The notes under the pieces were generated by a model. That model was not told the DNA's origin. It searched no databases and worked only from the letters and a program-made list of their open reading frames with translations. A DNA stretch of 64,000 bases from Moniliella sp. 'wahieum' (lineage: Eukaryota). Where the stretch lies: contig RSEE01000015.1 of the NCBI GenBank assembly GCA_003971905.1, positions 868,001 to 932,000 of the forward strand. The letters run 5' to 3'. The translations under genes were made by a program, and so were the position numbers. This document shows positions 62,700 through 64,000 of this stretch, one piece after another. Positions within the stretch are counted from its first letter, which is position 1. The number at the start of each line of letters is the position of its first letter.

Positions 62700-64000
62700 T
62701 CAAGGGTTGTGATCAAAGCGCGAGCGCATCGCTTCGATGCCCTGACCCAGCGAACCAGGACGAAGGTTGTGAGTGTCGGAAACATGGAACTTGTTGACAA
62801 ACTGCTCGGCGACCTTTTGCATGCCTTGGGATGCCTGCATCATATGGTCGTAGGCCTTGTCCTGCATGGTCTGTTCCGTGACGGGTGGCTCTAGCCCGAC
62901 GCCCCAAGACAGGGCCCGCTCGGTAGGGAGGAGCGTGTTGGGGTTGCTAGCCTGTTGCCAGAGGAACCTGAGACGATTCGGGTCCTCCTTGCGCAACGAC
63001 TCAAACTGGGGGGAGTTGGCAGGGTCATAATTCCCACCAACGATAACCGAATAGTGAAGGGCTTCATGCCGAGCGCTACTATTGCCCTGGAGCATGTCAC
63101 TCCACACAACACCCACCAAATTCGCCCGGGTCAGACGCTCAGTGTCCACCTGGCGCACCGCTTGCGCCTCGATCGCAATCCGACTCTCGTGCTCCGTCTG
63201 CTTGGCCCAGGCGTACCGTTTGTCCTGCAGTGACTTGAGATGGTCAAGGTCAATCCCCAGCAGGCCGGAAGGGTGGTCGCGCAGGTTTGCCACCATCCAA
63301 GCCAATGTGATGTCGGACAAGCCGTGGAGGGAGTAGCCTCCGCCCACGTCGGCGTGACAACCTTGGAACCAGGTTTGCTTTAACACCTGGGTTGGAGGCG
63401 CCGTCTTTTGCTGGTACCACAGCGTCGGCAAAAAGTCCTTGCGATCTTCATGAAGAGAGAGCGCGTGAAAGGCATTCTCTACCCCAACGCCCAGACCCGG
63501 GTCAAAGAACGAGCTCAAGTGCTCGTTGCCCAACGTCTTGAACAGTCCCGGCACCCCGAGCGCGCGACTGTGTCCCACACCCTACCACCTTGATCGGCAC
63601 CACCTCCACCGTAGGAGTAGGCATGACAGGGTGGGCAGGGTTGGCTTCATGTGCGAGTGCATTGAAGGAGACAGAGGCAGGTAGACTCAAGTGCTTGAGG
63701 GACTGGCCAACTTTCTCAACAAAGGTGCCCCGAATCAGATCCGACGCCACACTGGTGACGCCCACTGTGCTGCCATTGGGCCAACGACCAGTGATGTCAT
63801 GCAGCACGTAGCACGCCTTGGCAATCGTCCATGGTTCGTCTGGCCGACGATCCATGTAGGCCTGCCACAGTTCGTGGAGCCGAATGCTCTGCGATTGGTC
63901 AACACGCCTGCAAAATCAATCACCCCCGCAATACAGCGCGCCTAAAGGCACCGCGCGAGAAGCCAAACAGGAAAATCTCGTCTCCCGGCTGATAGTTGTC
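62700..64000 (-). CDS. DUF2235 (Tle1-like) alpha/beta hydrolase; 5' end beyond the window
   Basis: 'NYQPGDEIFLFGFSRGAF' at the window end, 'IKVVG.WDTV', 'ENAFHALSLHEDR..F.PTLW', 'QTWFQGCHADVGGGY' and 'LSDITLAWM'. Confidence 0.9.

Noticed and set aside
62700..64000. Bacterial T6SS effector or horizontal transfer
   Set aside because: DUF2235 hydrolases are widespread in fungi, and no bacterial context is present.

Overview
64-kb segment of a GC-rich, intron-containing fungal genome, most likely a basidiomycete. The basis is GTACGT...CTRAC...YAG introns and fungal-type APSES, Met10, Per1, Rud3 and GH79 genes. Nearly every gene is broken by single-base indels, including housekeeping ones, so the assembly is probably error-prone and all gene ends are approximate. 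About 15 protein-coding genes are supported: amino-acid permease, Mbp1/Swi4-type APSES-ankyrin factor, DUF1989 protein, sulfite reductase flavoprotein (MET10), Per1-like, complex I NDUFC2-like subunit, glutathione peroxidase, LIM/C1/RhoGAP, GRAB golgin, Dnm1-like dynamin, GH79, zf-4CXXC_R1/WHIM chromatin protein, DUF2235 hydrolase and hypotheticals. Decayed CRE-clade (RLE) non-LTR retrotransposons lie between them. The most unusual signal is a family of intergenic 7-bp-periodic arrays built from A-N4-T hexamer palindromes joined by one spacer base (TCA/TGA junctions). All 12 GC-containing palindromes of that form occur, cores switch in register, and arrays cluster at promoters and TE-relic borders. 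Two apparent pseudoenzymes also stand out: a Dnm1 homologue with G1/G3/G4 erased and a Per1 homologue lacking its catalytic Asp and HxxxH.
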